A stretch of 63,916 nt of DNA, filler included, from an uncultured Methanoregulaceae archaeon (GCA_964530035.1; 6 parts of 6 records of this genome joined end to end with filler, not necessarily neighbours in it); one strand, 5' to 3'; numbered from the whole stretch's first letter, positions 8,981 through 18,740 are shown. Translations and numbers: made by a program. Notes: generated by a model not told the origin, from the sequence alone.

Positions 8981-10660
8981 TCACTGCCTCACAAAGACAC
9001 TCGGTCCAAGCCGGCCTATCCAGATGTCACTTCCCCCGTTGCCCGATGAATAGGTGTCCCCCACAAAGACAAAACCCCCGTCCGACATTCGTGCAAGGCT
9101 TATGATGCTGTCAAACTGGAGGCCTCCATACGTCTTATCCCAGACCTTCCTTCCTTTGTTATCAAGTTTTACAAGCCAGCCATCACTATTACCGACTCCA
9201 TATGAGTAGGTATGACCCGCAAACAGGTATCCACCATCCTTTGTTTCGGCTACAAACGCAGCACTGTCATGTTTAGGACCACCAAATGTTTTCTCAAAGA
9301 GAACATTTCCGTCCTGGTCGATCTTGAGACAGTAAAAATCAGCCTCGCCATTTCCAAACGACTCCGTGCTTCCGGCAATAATAAAGTTCCCGTCGGATGT
9401 CGCCTTTATGACACGACCGCTCTCGTATTTTTCTCCGCCAAATGTCTTTTTCCAGATCTCATTTCCATTCTTGTCAACTTTCAAAACCCAGATGTCACTG
9501 CTCCCTTTGCCTTCGGATTCAGTTCTCCCAACGACAACGAATCCTCCGTCCTTAGCCCGGACCACATCCCATGCGGCATCTTCGTCAGGCCCTCCATATG
9601 TCCTGTTCCAGACCTCATGCCCGGATGAATCGACCTTTACAAGCCAGGCGTCCCCATTTCCAGCCCCAAATGAATGGGTGTGACCGTTAAAAATGAAGCC
9701 CCCATCATCCGTTGTTTCCTGGCAGAAAAAACGGTCATCGAGACCGGTACCAAATATGCTTTCCCAGACTTTCTTTCCTGATGAATCAAGCCTGACTGCA
9801 TAGGCATGGGTATGGGTTTCGCCAGGAGCCATCGTATCACCCACGGTCAGAAAACCCCCATCGGCCGTCGGTGAATTACATGTTCCTGTCTGGTTACCAG
9901 GCCCGCCTATCTGGCTCTTCCAGGCAAGCGTACCATCCTTTTCATATCTAAGAGCGAGGATATCGGAATCTCCGGCAGGGTTGATAATCCGGCCGGTCAC
10001 TACAAATCCGTCTCCAGGGATTGCATTAACCTCCCAGGTAAATTCATCCATTGTTGTCCCAAAGGTCTTTTCCCAAACAGGGGCCCCCTTGTCTGCCATG
10101 GGAGTCGAGCCACTCAGTCTGACAGCAACCTTGTCGAACCGTGTGCTGGCAGGGGTCTGTGCGTACTGGCCTTCTGCCGGGATCAGCTGGGCACCGAGAT
10201 AATATGTACCGAAGGCAAGGTCTGCGGGCAGGCTGAACGTACTGGAGGTGACTTTTTGTGAACCGGGTGGGATCGGCGTCCCGTTTCTTTCGCCGATCAG
10301 AATTGGATCAGCCAGGATTGAAGGTTTTTTGGAGAGATAATATCGGAGGGTGTAGGGAACAGACTGCGCCCGGCCGGTATTTTTAACAATATCTGTTATC
10401 CCAAACGTCGAGTTTGGATTGGCATGCGTAACCGCTTCCACTGACACCAGGATGATAGGAGACTGTTTTAAAGGGGTTGAAAAAGCTGAAGCAAGAGTTT
10501 CAAGAGGAGATGCATTTTTTTCTTCCGCTTTTAAAAAACCATACGTCTTCGCAGGTACATCCATCCCAATGGATGCAGCAGTGGCGGCAACTGGCATCAG
10601 AAGCACTACCACAAGAATAGAGAATATCCAATGACGATCATACCGGTGCATGCAATTCAT
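8981..10660 (-). CDS. Secreted protein with Ig/CARDB-like domain and about 7 beta-propeller repeats
   Basis: Hydrophobic N-terminus; VKNTG...LRYYLS...GTYYLGA; repeated W.KT(F/Y)GG...D......T.DGG....G.T.S.G.G..D.W..K.D..G units. Confidence 0.8.
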   Translation of the reverse strand: MNCMHRYDRHWIFSILVVVLLMPVAATAASIGMDVPAKTYGFLKAEEKNASPLETLASAFSTPLKQSPIILVSVEAVTHANPNSTFGITDIVKNTGRAQSVPYTLRYYLSKKPSILADPILIGERNGTPIPPGSQKVTSSTFSLPADLAFGTYYLGAQLIPAEGQYAQTPASTRFDKVAVRLSGSTPMADKGAPVWEKTFGTTMDEFTWEVNAIPGDGFVVTGRIINPAGDSDILALRYEKDGTLAWKSQIGGPGNQTGTCNSPTADGGFLTVGDTMAPGETHTHAYAVRLDSSGKKVWESIFGTGLDDRFFCQETTDDGGFIFNGHTHSFGAGNGDAWLVKVDSSGHEVWNRTYGGPDEDAAWDVVRAKDGGFVVVGRTESEGKGSSDIWVLKVDKNGNEIWKKTFGGEKYESGRVIKATSDGNFIIAGSTESFGNGEADFYCLKIDQDGNVLFEKTFGGPKHDSAAFVAETKDGGYLFAGHTYSYGVGNSDGWLVKLDNKGRKVWDKTYGGLQFDSIISLARMSDGGFVFVGDTYSSGNGGSDIWIGRLGPSVFVRQ

Positions 10661-10890
10661 ACCCTACCTTCTGATCACTCTTCAAGGCAACACAGTTGTG
10701 CAACTTCATCGTATAAAAGATCCAATGATGAGTGCAAATTTGCTTCAAATTGAATTTCCAAAGAAAATTTGACATTATTTGATTTATGTTCGAATATTTA
10801 CGAATGATAGCTTTTCCGGCAGTTCGCTCATATATCATTGCATATTGAATCGCATTGCAGCAAGTACCCGTTGAGGTCTACTCCGGCAAT

Positions 10891-10990
10891 NNNNNNNNNN
10901 NNNNNNNNNNNNNNNNNNNNNNNNNNNNNNNNNNTTAATTAATTAANNNNNNNNNNNNNNNNNNNNNNNNNNNNNNNNNNNNNNNNNNNN
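10891..10990. other. Artificial scaffold linker (also 21813-21912, 32733-32832, 43553-43652, 54260-54359)
   Basis: N44-TTAATTAATTAA-N44 with stops in all six frames; intervening pieces decrease in length (10822, 10820, 10720, 10607 bp), consistent with size-sorted concatenation. Confidence 0.97.
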
Positions 10991-11768
10991 AAGGCGCTGC
11001 AGTGGTAGTGGCAGTGGTAGTGGTAACGGTGACGACGGACGGTGTGGAAGAAGTCTCTGATCTCCCCTCGGTAGCATCCTTCCTGATCCCAAGGAGACTG
11101 CTCCCGTAATTATTCGTCCCGGTGAGTTTTTGTCCATCTGATGACAAGATTAGGGTATCTGTACTGCTATCCCCTGTACAATCCCGGCCGCAGGTCTCCC
11201 AGGTGAACAGGTAGCTGTTCCCTTGCTGGCGCCATGTCCCGCGGTTCCAGAACCGGCCGGTTTCATCATACTGGTTCGTCGTGCCATCGGTTTTAACTTC
11301 CATGGTGACATGCTTGGATGTCCCCCATGAGTAGTCCCAGACTCCGTATGGCGTCACCGCGAGCTTCCCGCCGGTTATTGTCACGGTCCAGGTCTCGCCT
11401 GGATCGTACCAGGTCCCTTTCCCGACGATACTTGTCCCATCTGGAGATAATTTGCCAATGTAATACCCATCATTTCCCTGTCGGTGAAGGGTCACCCTGT
11501 TTCCCACTACAGGTTCGAGAGTGATAACATCGTGGATCGTTCCATCCGACCATGATGCATCAAAGGTGTTCGTGCCGGGTCGCCGAACCCATATGCCGTC
11601 CCAGTTACCCATATCCCCATATTCTTTCACCGTCCAGACCTCTCCGCCTGCCGAAGAACCGGATACGGGATAATCTGCTTTCGCAATCAAGATTCCTGCC
11701 GCTGGCAGGGCAAACAGGACGATTAGGAGCAAGAGGATACTCCATCGTAACAAGAATACCAGTCTCAT
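10991..11768 (-). CDS. Secreted beta-rich protein with Thr-rich linker (3' end cut by scaffold end)
   Basis: Signal peptide MRLVFLLRWSILLLLIVLFALPAAG; two Trp/Gly-rich ~90-aa domains; poly-Thr linker. Confidence 0.75.
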
Positions 11769-11916
11769 TTTTCCCCCCGAACAAGCATGTCATATAACCA
11801 AATATTTAAATATGATCTAAAAGAAAAATTAACGAATTTCACCTTATTTTGAGTTGTTGATATGCACTTCTCATGATGGATGCTTCAATACCTTTGAAAT
11901 CAGAACCAACGAGACG

Positions 11917-12550
11917 GTGCTGAACCTGGCAAACCGGGACATCAAACGAATTGCCATACCGTAGAAGAAACAGAAACCGGTTATAAAAATCACGAAAAAG
12001 TCAGGGATACCTCGGCAAATGGGTTTACCACATTTGCAATCGACATCAAAAAACAGGACAGGTCCCCATAACCTAACGGCCTGGAAAGAAACCTGATATT
12101 ATCCCGGAAGAAGTCAGATTCCTCATTTCGGTGAATTTTCATATTCATCCCATCGGCGATGTACACCTGGGGAGGAAGATAGAAGAGAATCATGGATTTC
12201 CTATCCCTTCTAACACCCTGAACCGGGTCCTGTTGGAACACTGACGTATTGAAGTGAAAATGAAGAAGAGGAAGAAAAGGAAATGGATCAGGTTTGAGAG
12301 GTACCATTTCTTCTCTCTCTCTCTGTCTTTGGCGTTTGAAACACGTACCTCTCGATGGCCGGGGGTGATGGCTTCTCGCGTGCCAGGATGATTCATCGCA
12401 CCTTGTCAATTGTCATGGGTTGTCGGATGTACCGACACCGGAAAATCCCGATATTATGCCCGGGAGAGGATTCGGACGGTATGGGATACCTTGTGAGGTC
12501 CGTACTGACTATGGCACCCGGTTCTTACCAGCCGGGGACCGGGAGAATCC
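11917..12550 (+). mobile_element. Degenerate IS481-family transposase remnant
   Basis: Manual translation across stops (11962, 12074, 12242) and frameshifts: ...KTGQVP..RPGKKP...IPSNTLNRVLLEH..MKKRKKRKWIRFERYH...DDSSHL...YGIPCEVRTDYGTRF (HTH plus partial rve core). Confidence 0.75.
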
Positions 12551-12723
12551 GGCAAACCGGCCCGGACCCGACGCCGACCTCGAGCCCGGTCCCGGTTGTC
12601 CCGACGGCCTTCCTGAGCAGCCTGACCTGGCGGGAATACGTGCCGGGATGTTCCTCNNNNNNNNNNGAACCAGCGGTCGTACTCTTCGGCGTGTTCGTCG
12701 AAAACCGGGTTGACGTGGTTCAT
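12550..12723 (-). pseudogene. Truncated class I SAM-dependent methyltransferase (N-terminal fragment)
   Basis: MNHVNPVFDEHAEEYDRWF..., then LEVGVGSG and RFA after a 1-nt shift (motif I); continues directly into IS481 remnant; 10-N gap inside. Confidence 0.7.
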
Positions 12724-13103
12724 GGGCTGCTGCCTTCAGGCTGGTCGAGCCTCACGGCCATCTTCTTCCTGATGGACTCCTCTATCCCCTTCAATTTCTG
12801 GACCCCGTCCTTTCCCTGCCCTTCGTAGAACAGGAGGAGGTGGAAGTAGTCAGAGACCAGGTCGAAAAATTCCTTCCGGTACCTGACCTCGACGGAGCGG
12901 TCTCCCACGAACCCCTTGACCGAGAGGAAGTGCTCCTTTTCAAAGGTGAAGAAAGGGAGCTCCATGTGCGAGAGGTATTTTATCGTCCCGAACCGGCCGA
13001 GAAACTCCAGGAACTCTTCGGACAGCGGCTCGTCGAGGAGGTACTCCTTCATGATGGAGCCGTCTACGCACACCTTCGACTGGACTGACTTGAGGATTTT
13101 CAT
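12720..13103 (-). CDS. Hypothetical protein
   Basis: 127-aa ORF with GC3-rich codon usage; stop overlaps downstream start as ATGA. Confidence 0.7.
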   Translation of the reverse strand: MKILKSVQSKVCVDGSIMKEYLLDEPLSEEFLEFLGRFGTIKYLSHMELPFFTFEKEHFLSVKGFVGDRSVEVRYRKEFFDLVSDYFHLLLFYEGQGKDGVQKLKGIEESIRKKMAVRLDQPEGSSP

Positions 13104-13369
13104 TTTTCATGCACGACAGGACAGGTCCTGCCGGGTTGCAACCATTCCGGATGAAATCATGGGCACGGGAACAGATAGGTGTTTTCCTGGCGTCCTGGAT
13201 GAACCGGATTATGGGCTGCAGCTCCGTTCATCTGCCTTTGAATGGTGGACCTGGTTCCCCCGGGTCACATTCGTGTCTCCCATGATATCGCCCGGAGTGG
13301 ACCAGGAGCCTCTCTATGCCGTTTTCATTTGCGGGTCGGGGTAGCCGTCACCTTTTTTGTCGTTCCTTT

Positions 13370-14491
13370 TCACGCAGGGGTTGCCTTTTTGAGCGTTCCG
13401 GTTCGGATAGGAGTAGGTTGTTTCGTTGTTACCGTTGGTGTGGGCGTTTTTAGCGTTGATGCAGGAACCGGCTTGATCGTGATCGAGGAGATGATCTGGT
13501 TGATCACCGTCTTGCCCGTTTCGAATGAACCTGGAGAGGTACTGCCGTAGACGGTATACGACCGTTTGTTGACGACTGAAATGATACCCTGGGTCTTCTG
13601 CGCCTCACCCTCGGGTGTCGTCCAGGTGTAGATGAGTTTTACCGCTGCATTACTCTTTAATGTTATATTTTCCCTTGAGATGAGTTTGAAGTTGGATTTT
13701 GCCTTCAGGTTTTCGAGAACATCGTCCACCAGGTTACCGAGGGACCCGGAAAACTCGTTATTGCTACCATAGAGTGCAAGGGCAATGGCATTATCCGGGG
13801 AACGGATGTTCACCTTGTACAATGCCGCGTTACTGGTATCAGGGACGACGCTCCACCCGGACGGGTACTGCAGGCTGAACCGGGAGTCGCTGTACGACAG
13901 AAGCCCGGTTCGGGTAGGAGTAGGTTGTTTCGTTGTTACCGTTGGTGTGGGCGTTTTTAGCGTTGATGCAGGAACCGGCTTGATCGTGATCGAGGAGATG
14001 ATCTGGTTGATCACCGTCTTGCCCGTTTCGAATGAACCTGGAGAGGTACTGCCGTAGACGGTATACGACCGTTTGTTGACGACTGAAATGATACCCTGGG
14101 TCTTCTGCGCCTCACCCTCGGGTGTCGTCCAGGTGTAGATGAGTTTTACCGCTGCATTACTCTTTAATGTTATATTTTCCCTTGAGATGAGTTTGAAGTT
14201 GGATTTTGCCTTCAGGTTTTCGAGAACATCGTCCACCAGGTTACCGAGGGACCCGGAAAACTCGTTATTGCTACCATAGAGTGCAAGGGCAATGGCATTA
14301 TCCGGGGAACGGATGTTCACCTTGTACAATGCCGCGTTACTGGTATCAGGGACGACGCTCCACCCGGACGGGTACTGCAGGCTGAACCGGGAGTCGCTGT
14401 ACGACAGAAGCTTTGGCCCCGCCGCAGCATATCCACAGAGCGATCCGATAACAACCAGAACAAGTATGGCAATATAACCTGACGATCTCAT
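13370..14491 (-). CDS. Secreted protein with two identical PsbP/DcrB-like domains
   Basis: Signal peptide from MRSSGYIAILVLVVIG (14491); YSDSRFSLQYPSGW...IISSITI domain occurs twice. Confidence 0.8.
   Translation of the reverse strand: MRSSGYIAILVLVVIGSLCGYAAAGPKLLSYSDSRFSLQYPSGWSVVPDTSNAALYKVNIRSPDNAIALALYGSNNEFSGSLGNLVDDVLENLKAKSNFKLISRENITLKSNAAVKLIYTWTTPEGEAQKTQGIISVVNKRSYTVYGSTSPGSFETGKTVINQIISSITIKPVPASTLKTPTPTVTTKQPTPTRTGLLSYSDSRFSLQYPSGWSVVPDTSNAALYKVNIRSPDNAIALALYGSNNEFSGSLGNLVDDVLENLKAKSNFKLISRENITLKSNAAVKLIYTWTTPEGEAQKTQGIISVVNKRSYTVYGSTSPGSFETGKTVINQIISSITIKPVPASTLKTPTPTVTTKQPTPIRTGTLKKATPA
13398..14411. repeat. 507-bp near-perfect tandem duplication (13398-13904 / 13905-14411)
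   Basis: Direct comparison; only difference noticed is a/g at 13407 vs 13914 (Ile/Thr). Confidence 0.95.
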
Positions 14492-14757
14492 GACGCTTCT
14501 CCTCCATCGTTTCGTCAATGACAATGAACCATTTTCTTTTCCATTTAAGTAGTTATGTTGAACAACTTTATCCTGGTGAGCTCCGGCCAATGAGCGAGGC
14601 GGGTATTCTGTGGATATGGAAACAAAAGAAGAGCGTATAAGCGAGATGATCACCATCCGCGTTTTCTTATGGTAATCCCGCCACGCACCCTCATGTATGA
14701 ATCGCCAGGTTTCTCCTATCCAGAACCTATTACGTCCCAACCCCTCATTATTATCGT

Positions 14758-14962
14758 ATGAATCTGAAAGTCGTCATCGAAGAAGACACCGAAGATGGCG
14801 GTTTTATTGTCAGTTGCCCTGCTCTTCCCGGTTGTCACTCCGAGGGTGAGACCGTAGAGGAAGCCCTCGCCTATCAGGGAGGCCATTCATGGATGCCTCG
14901 CCGTTCTCAATGAACGGGCACAACAGACTCAGCGTGCCCGGGTCATGGAGATCACCGTTTAG
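14758..14962 (+). pseudogene. hicB: HicB-family antitoxin, frameshifted
   Basis: MNLKVVIEEDTEDGGFIVSCPALPGCHSEGETVEEALA, then after a shift IREAIHGCLAVLNERAQQTQRARVMEITV*. Confidence 0.8.
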
Positions 14963-15001
14963 ATGAGCAAGCTTCCCGTCATATCAGGGTTGGCTGCAGT
15001 C
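14963..15001 (+). pseudogene. hicA: HicA-family toxin, only the first ~13 codons remain
   Basis: ATG directly after hicB stop: MSKLPVISGLAAV, a typical HicA N-terminus, then similarity ends. Confidence 0.65.
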
Positions 15002-15072
15002 TATCTGGTATTTCTCATTTCATGAATTGGAAATTTATCCGCAGCATGGGAATATTGAAAGAGAGAAGTCAT
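15001..15072 (-). pseudogene. Probable RelE/ParE-type toxin N-terminal remnant
   Basis: ATGA overlap with upstream antitoxin-like gene; MTSLFQYSHAADKF then early stop. Confidence 0.4.
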
Positions 15073-15221
15073 TTAATGCCGTATTTGACCATAACTTCTT
15101 CTTCGGAAAGGTATTTTCCTTCCTGGTATTCCTTCCTGGCCTTCCTGACTCTGCGCCATTCGGCAGGGGTGAGCTGCTCGTCATCACCGGGGTCATCCGG
15201 CCGCTCCTGAAGAACGGACAT
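15069..15221 (-). CDS. Small antitoxin-like protein (RelB-like C-terminal pattern)
   Basis: DDEQLTPAEWRRVRKARKEYQEGKYLSEEEVMVKYGIK resembles archaeal type II antitoxins. Confidence 0.6.
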   Translation of the reverse strand: MSVLQERPDDPGDDEQLTPAEWRRVRKARKEYQEGKYLSEEEVMVKYGIK

Positions 15222-15399
15222 GGGTGTATGATAGGGATTATGGCAATAACTGGTTTGTGACAGGTACTGGTCAGCGGGTCCGGGGAAAAATAGGGAAAGA
15301 TTCTTTCCATCCCATCTTTGAGAAATTATATTCTTCCTGTCCGGGGTCTGGTCCTGATTCATCAGCACTGGGGCGGTCGAAATTTTATAGCAGAGTTTT

Positions 15400-16167
15400 T
15401 CAGGCTTTTTTCATCGAAGTGATGATGTAGTAACTCCTGCCTTGTGCGAACCTCCTGTACCAGGGAAGTTCAGATCGGTAGAGGGCCCGGATATACATCA
15501 GGTCCCTGGTCCGGACATGAACAAACCCTGCCTCCACGAGATATTTCAGCGTGGTTTCTTCAGGGACACCTCCGCCAAAGGGGAGACTTCTCCGTATCTC
15601 CGGCCCATAGGAGCGGTGGTGGGTATTACCAGGCTCGAATATCCGGGCCATTCCTGAACTAAACCGTATTTTCAGCCATGAAAGGAGGCTTTTGTCATCC
15701 CATACCCCGTCGATGACGAGCACCCGGCCACCCGGTTTCAAAACACGGTGCCAGTCTTTCAATGCGGTCTCCGGATGGGGAAGGGTCCAGAGGAGGTGAC
15801 GGGTGACAACCACCTCAAAGGATCCGTCGCCAAACGGGAGCTGCTCCGCGTCGCCGGTGAGCAGTCCGAGGTAATAATTGCTCGTTTCTGCTTTTTTCCG
15901 GACTTTTACTATCATCTCACGGGATAGATCGATGCCCGTCACCCGGTGTCCCATCTCTCCAAATAAAAGGGCCATCGCACCGGTACCACATCCGACATCA
16001 AGAACCATGAGCGGCCCGGGGGGCAGGTCCCGACATAGCTCCTGTTTCCATGCGGTTTTCTCTTCCTGTGTTGTGATCCCATGGCCAGGGTTACCATCGT
16101 AGGAAAATGAAGAGGAGTCCCAGGTTTTCCTGACCGTATCCCTGAATTCACGATGGTCCATTGTCAT
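15400..16167 (-). CDS. Class I SAM-dependent methyltransferase
   Basis: VLDVGCGTG, GIDLSREM, GDAEQLPF, RHLLWTLPHP, RVLKPGG. Confidence 0.9.
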   Translation of the reverse strand: MTMDHREFRDTVRKTWDSSSFSYDGNPGHGITTQEEKTAWKQELCRDLPPGPLMVLDVGCGTGAMALLFGEMGHRVTGIDLSREMIVKVRKKAETSNYYLGLLTGDAEQLPFGDGSFEVVVTRHLLWTLPHPETALKDWHRVLKPGGRVLVIDGVWDDKSLLSWLKIRFSSGMARIFEPGNTHHRSYGPEIRRSLPFGGGVPEETTLKYLVEAGFVHVRTRDLMYIRALYRSELPWYRRFAQGRSYYIITSMKKA

Positions 16168-16317
16168 GGTCCCGGTGCATATCGATGCATCATCAGCATG
16201 TCACACCAGTCCCGAAAAAACGTCCTGGATCTTGAAGGACCGGTATGGATCCTTCCATCTTGGTAAAATGGTGCCATTCCAGGATACCATCCGGGGTTGT
16301 GAAAACCAGGTTCATCT

Positions 16318-16345
16318 GTATTCACGTCATATCATGTTGCAATAC
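16318..16345. promoter_or_regulatory. Candidate NikR-type operator
   Basis: GTATTC-N16-CAATAC, the spacing of the GTATGA-N16-TCATAC NikR consensus; in the divergent methyltransferase/trm1 intergenic region. Confidence 0.35.
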
Positions 16346-16495
16346 TGGTAAGAATGGTTTATTTTTTGAAGGGAAAGAACGGGTACATCATGATGCGAGC
16401 AGTCCCAGTCAGCCGGATAATGAGCGGATACGCATGATAATCCCAAAAAAACCCCGCCTGTTGGATACTGTCCCTTTGAATGCCGGATACATACC

Positions 16496-17611
16496 ATGCT
16501 GACGACCTGGGTGACGGAAGGGACCACGACCTTCGAGGTGCCGGTCCAGGACGAGGAATCCTCCTTTCCCGCAGCCAGTGGCCCGGTCTTTTACAATACC
16601 CGGATGGAACTAAACCGGGACGCCACCGTGCTAGTAGTCCGGGCCCTGGAGATATCGGGGTACCTGGACACCATGGGGGCGACCGGTGTCAGGGGCCTAC
16701 GCATCGCCCACGAATGCGGGGTCCCGGTGACGATCAACGACCAGAGCAGCCGTGCGGCGGAACTCATCAGGAGGAATGCCGACGCAATTGACCCGGCAAT
16801 CCGGGTGACCCGTTCGGACGCGAACACCCTCATGTCCTCGGAGCGGTTCGACTGTATCGACCTCGACCCGTTCGGGACCCCGGCGCCGTTTGTCGACGCA
16901 GCTGCACGGTCCGCCCGGAGATACCTCTTCGTCACGGCGACGGATACCGCCCCGCTCTGCGGTGCCCATAAAAAGGCCGGGATACGGCGGTATTTTTCAA
17001 GCCCGCTCAACACCGAGTATCATAGTGAGGTCGGGCTCCGGACCCTCCTTGGCTTTGTCACCCGCGAGCTGGTCAAGTACGACCGGGGCCTCGTCCCGCT
17101 CTTCTGTTTTGCAAGCCACCACTTCGTCCGGCTCCACCTCGGGGTCAAAGAGGGGGCCGAAGCCGCGGACCGGAGCCTCGCGAGGATCGGGTTCATCCAC
17201 CAGTGCCCGGGCTGTGCCTACCGGGACGAGCAGGCCGGGATCCTCCCAGAGCACCACGCCTGTCCCCGGTGTGATGCATCCCTTACACCGGTAGGTCCCC
17301 TCTGGCTCGGGGCGATCAGCGACCCGGACCTCCTCGGCCGGATGGAATCGCTCCTCCCCGGGACGGTCCTTGGCACCGGGAGGGAGCTCTCGCGGCTGAT
17401 CGCCCTCGGCAGGGACGAGTACCCTTCGTCCCATTTCTACGACTACCACCGGATTGCCAAGAGCATCAGGGTATCGCCGCCCCAGATGGAGACCTTCCTC
17501 GGTCGTATCAGGGAGCAGGGCTTTTCCGCGACGAGGACCCACTTCGCCGGGACCGGGGTGAAGACCGATGCACCGCTCGACGTGATCCTTGAGTTGATGC
17601 GGAACGGATGA
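16496..17611 (+). CDS. trm1: tRNA (guanine(26)-N2)-dimethyltransferase
   Basis: PVFYNTRMELNRD, GVRGLR, IDLDPFGTPAPF, VTATDTAPLCG, CPGC/CPRC zinc finger, GPLWLG. Confidence 0.95.
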   Translation: MLTTWVTEGTTTFEVPVQDEESSFPAASGPVFYNTRMELNRDATVLVVRALEISGYLDTMGATGVRGLRIAHECGVPVTINDQSSRAAELIRRNADAIDPAIRVTRSDANTLMSSERFDCIDLDPFGTPAPFVDAAARSARRYLFVTATDTAPLCGAHKKAGIRRYFSSPLNTEYHSEVGLRTLLGFVTRELVKYDRGLVPLFCFASHHFVRLHLGVKEGAEAADRSLARIGFIHQCPGCAYRDEQAGILPEHHACPRCDASLTPVGPLWLGAISDPDLLGRMESLLPGTVLGTGRELSRLIALGRDEYPSSHFYDYHRIAKSIRVSPPQMETFLGRIREQGFSATRTHFAGTGVKTDAPLDVILELMRNG

Positions 17612-17843
17612 AGGAGCGTTTTTCAAATACTTTTTGAATCCTTTTGATACCCTGGGCCGGTGAGCCGTATCCCCGTCCCTAATCAATTTTCATACCGGTT
17701 TGTCCTGGTGAGACACCACCGTCCTGAAGGCTTCCTCCTGTCCGAAATAGCCCCTGTCTGCCAGGTATCGTGCCGTATCCATATCTTTATCAGGGAAAGT
17801 CCCGAACGGTGGCATGTCCCTGTTCACGGGACGAGGTGGAGGA

Positions 17844-18113
17844 ATGTTGTTCATCGCGCTTGCCAGGTTCAAGGAGAAGCTGACGGAAGAGGTCGTTGAC
17901 CAAAATATCAGGGACATCGAGGATGACATGAAGGGCGAGGTCAGGTACCTGAACATATACTGGACCCTCGGGAGGTATGATACGGTCGTGATCTACGAGG
18001 CCCCGGACGAGAAAGTCGCCATGCGGGTCGCCCTGAAGCGGGCGGACCGGATGGAGATCGAGACCCTCGTCGCCCTTCCGGCAGACCCGAAGAGCCCGGC
18101 CGGACCGGCGTGA
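17844..18113 (+). CDS. GYD-domain protein
   Basis: IYWTLGRYDTVVIYEAPD motif; GGAGG SD before ATG 17844. Confidence 0.85.
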   Translation: MLFIALARFKEKLTEEVVDQNIRDIEDDMKGEVRYLNIYWTLGRYDTVVIYEAPDEKVAMRVALKRADRMEIETLVALPADPKSPAGPA

Positions 18114-18177
18114 ACGTGGAAATCTGAGGTCTCTTAAGACCTTAAACCTGGGGTGGGCTGTCGTTTCCTGACCTTCC

Positions 18178-18450
18178 CGGGTACCCGTAGCATCCCCTTT
18201 CCGATATCCCATAACCATCAACCCTTCAGTGGGGGCGTACCCCCATACCCCCGAAAAGATACGCCGCCGCCCCCGAAGGGCGCCCCGGCGGCGGTTTCAC
18301 GGTCTTTCATGAAGATTTTAAACTAAAAAATCTCGCTGAAGCCTGATTCTATAAAAACCTTAACCCATACAACCCTGATAACGGAATCGCCAACGGCTTG
18401 CCCTCCCTATCGTATGCAGGGGGTTTGGGGGGCGGCAGCCCCCCGGTTCG
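18178..18450. repeat. GC-rich hairpin-containing non-coding repeat, copy 1
   Basis: 18178-18294 aligns with 21695-21812; hairpins ccgccgcc..ggcggcgg and gggggg-cggcag-cccccc. Confidence 0.8.
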
Positions 18451-18740
18451 AATCCTTTTGATCCTCTGTCAGTTCAAGGCGAAAAATCTAAAATCGGTCT
18501 TTTTAATTCCAATGACCGAAATTGCAATTCATTGATATCTTTTTTTGAAGCGTGAATAACATTGAAGATATTGCGGATTTCAATTGAGCCAGAAAAATCT
18601 CAATTTTAATAAATAATTCCTCCCTGCCTGACATAATTATCAGGTAACCTGCATGCTTGAAGAAAAGGGACTGAAATTTTTTCTGACGTTTCAGACTGTT
18701 TCCAGAGATTGCTGAAAACCGATAGCAACACCTTTCCCGC

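Noticed and set aside
10935..10946. TTAATTAATTAA repeated five times at ~10.8-kb spacing
   Set aside because: Artificial six-frame-stop linker inside N runs; ORF ends reading LIN are artefacts and synteny across these points is not real
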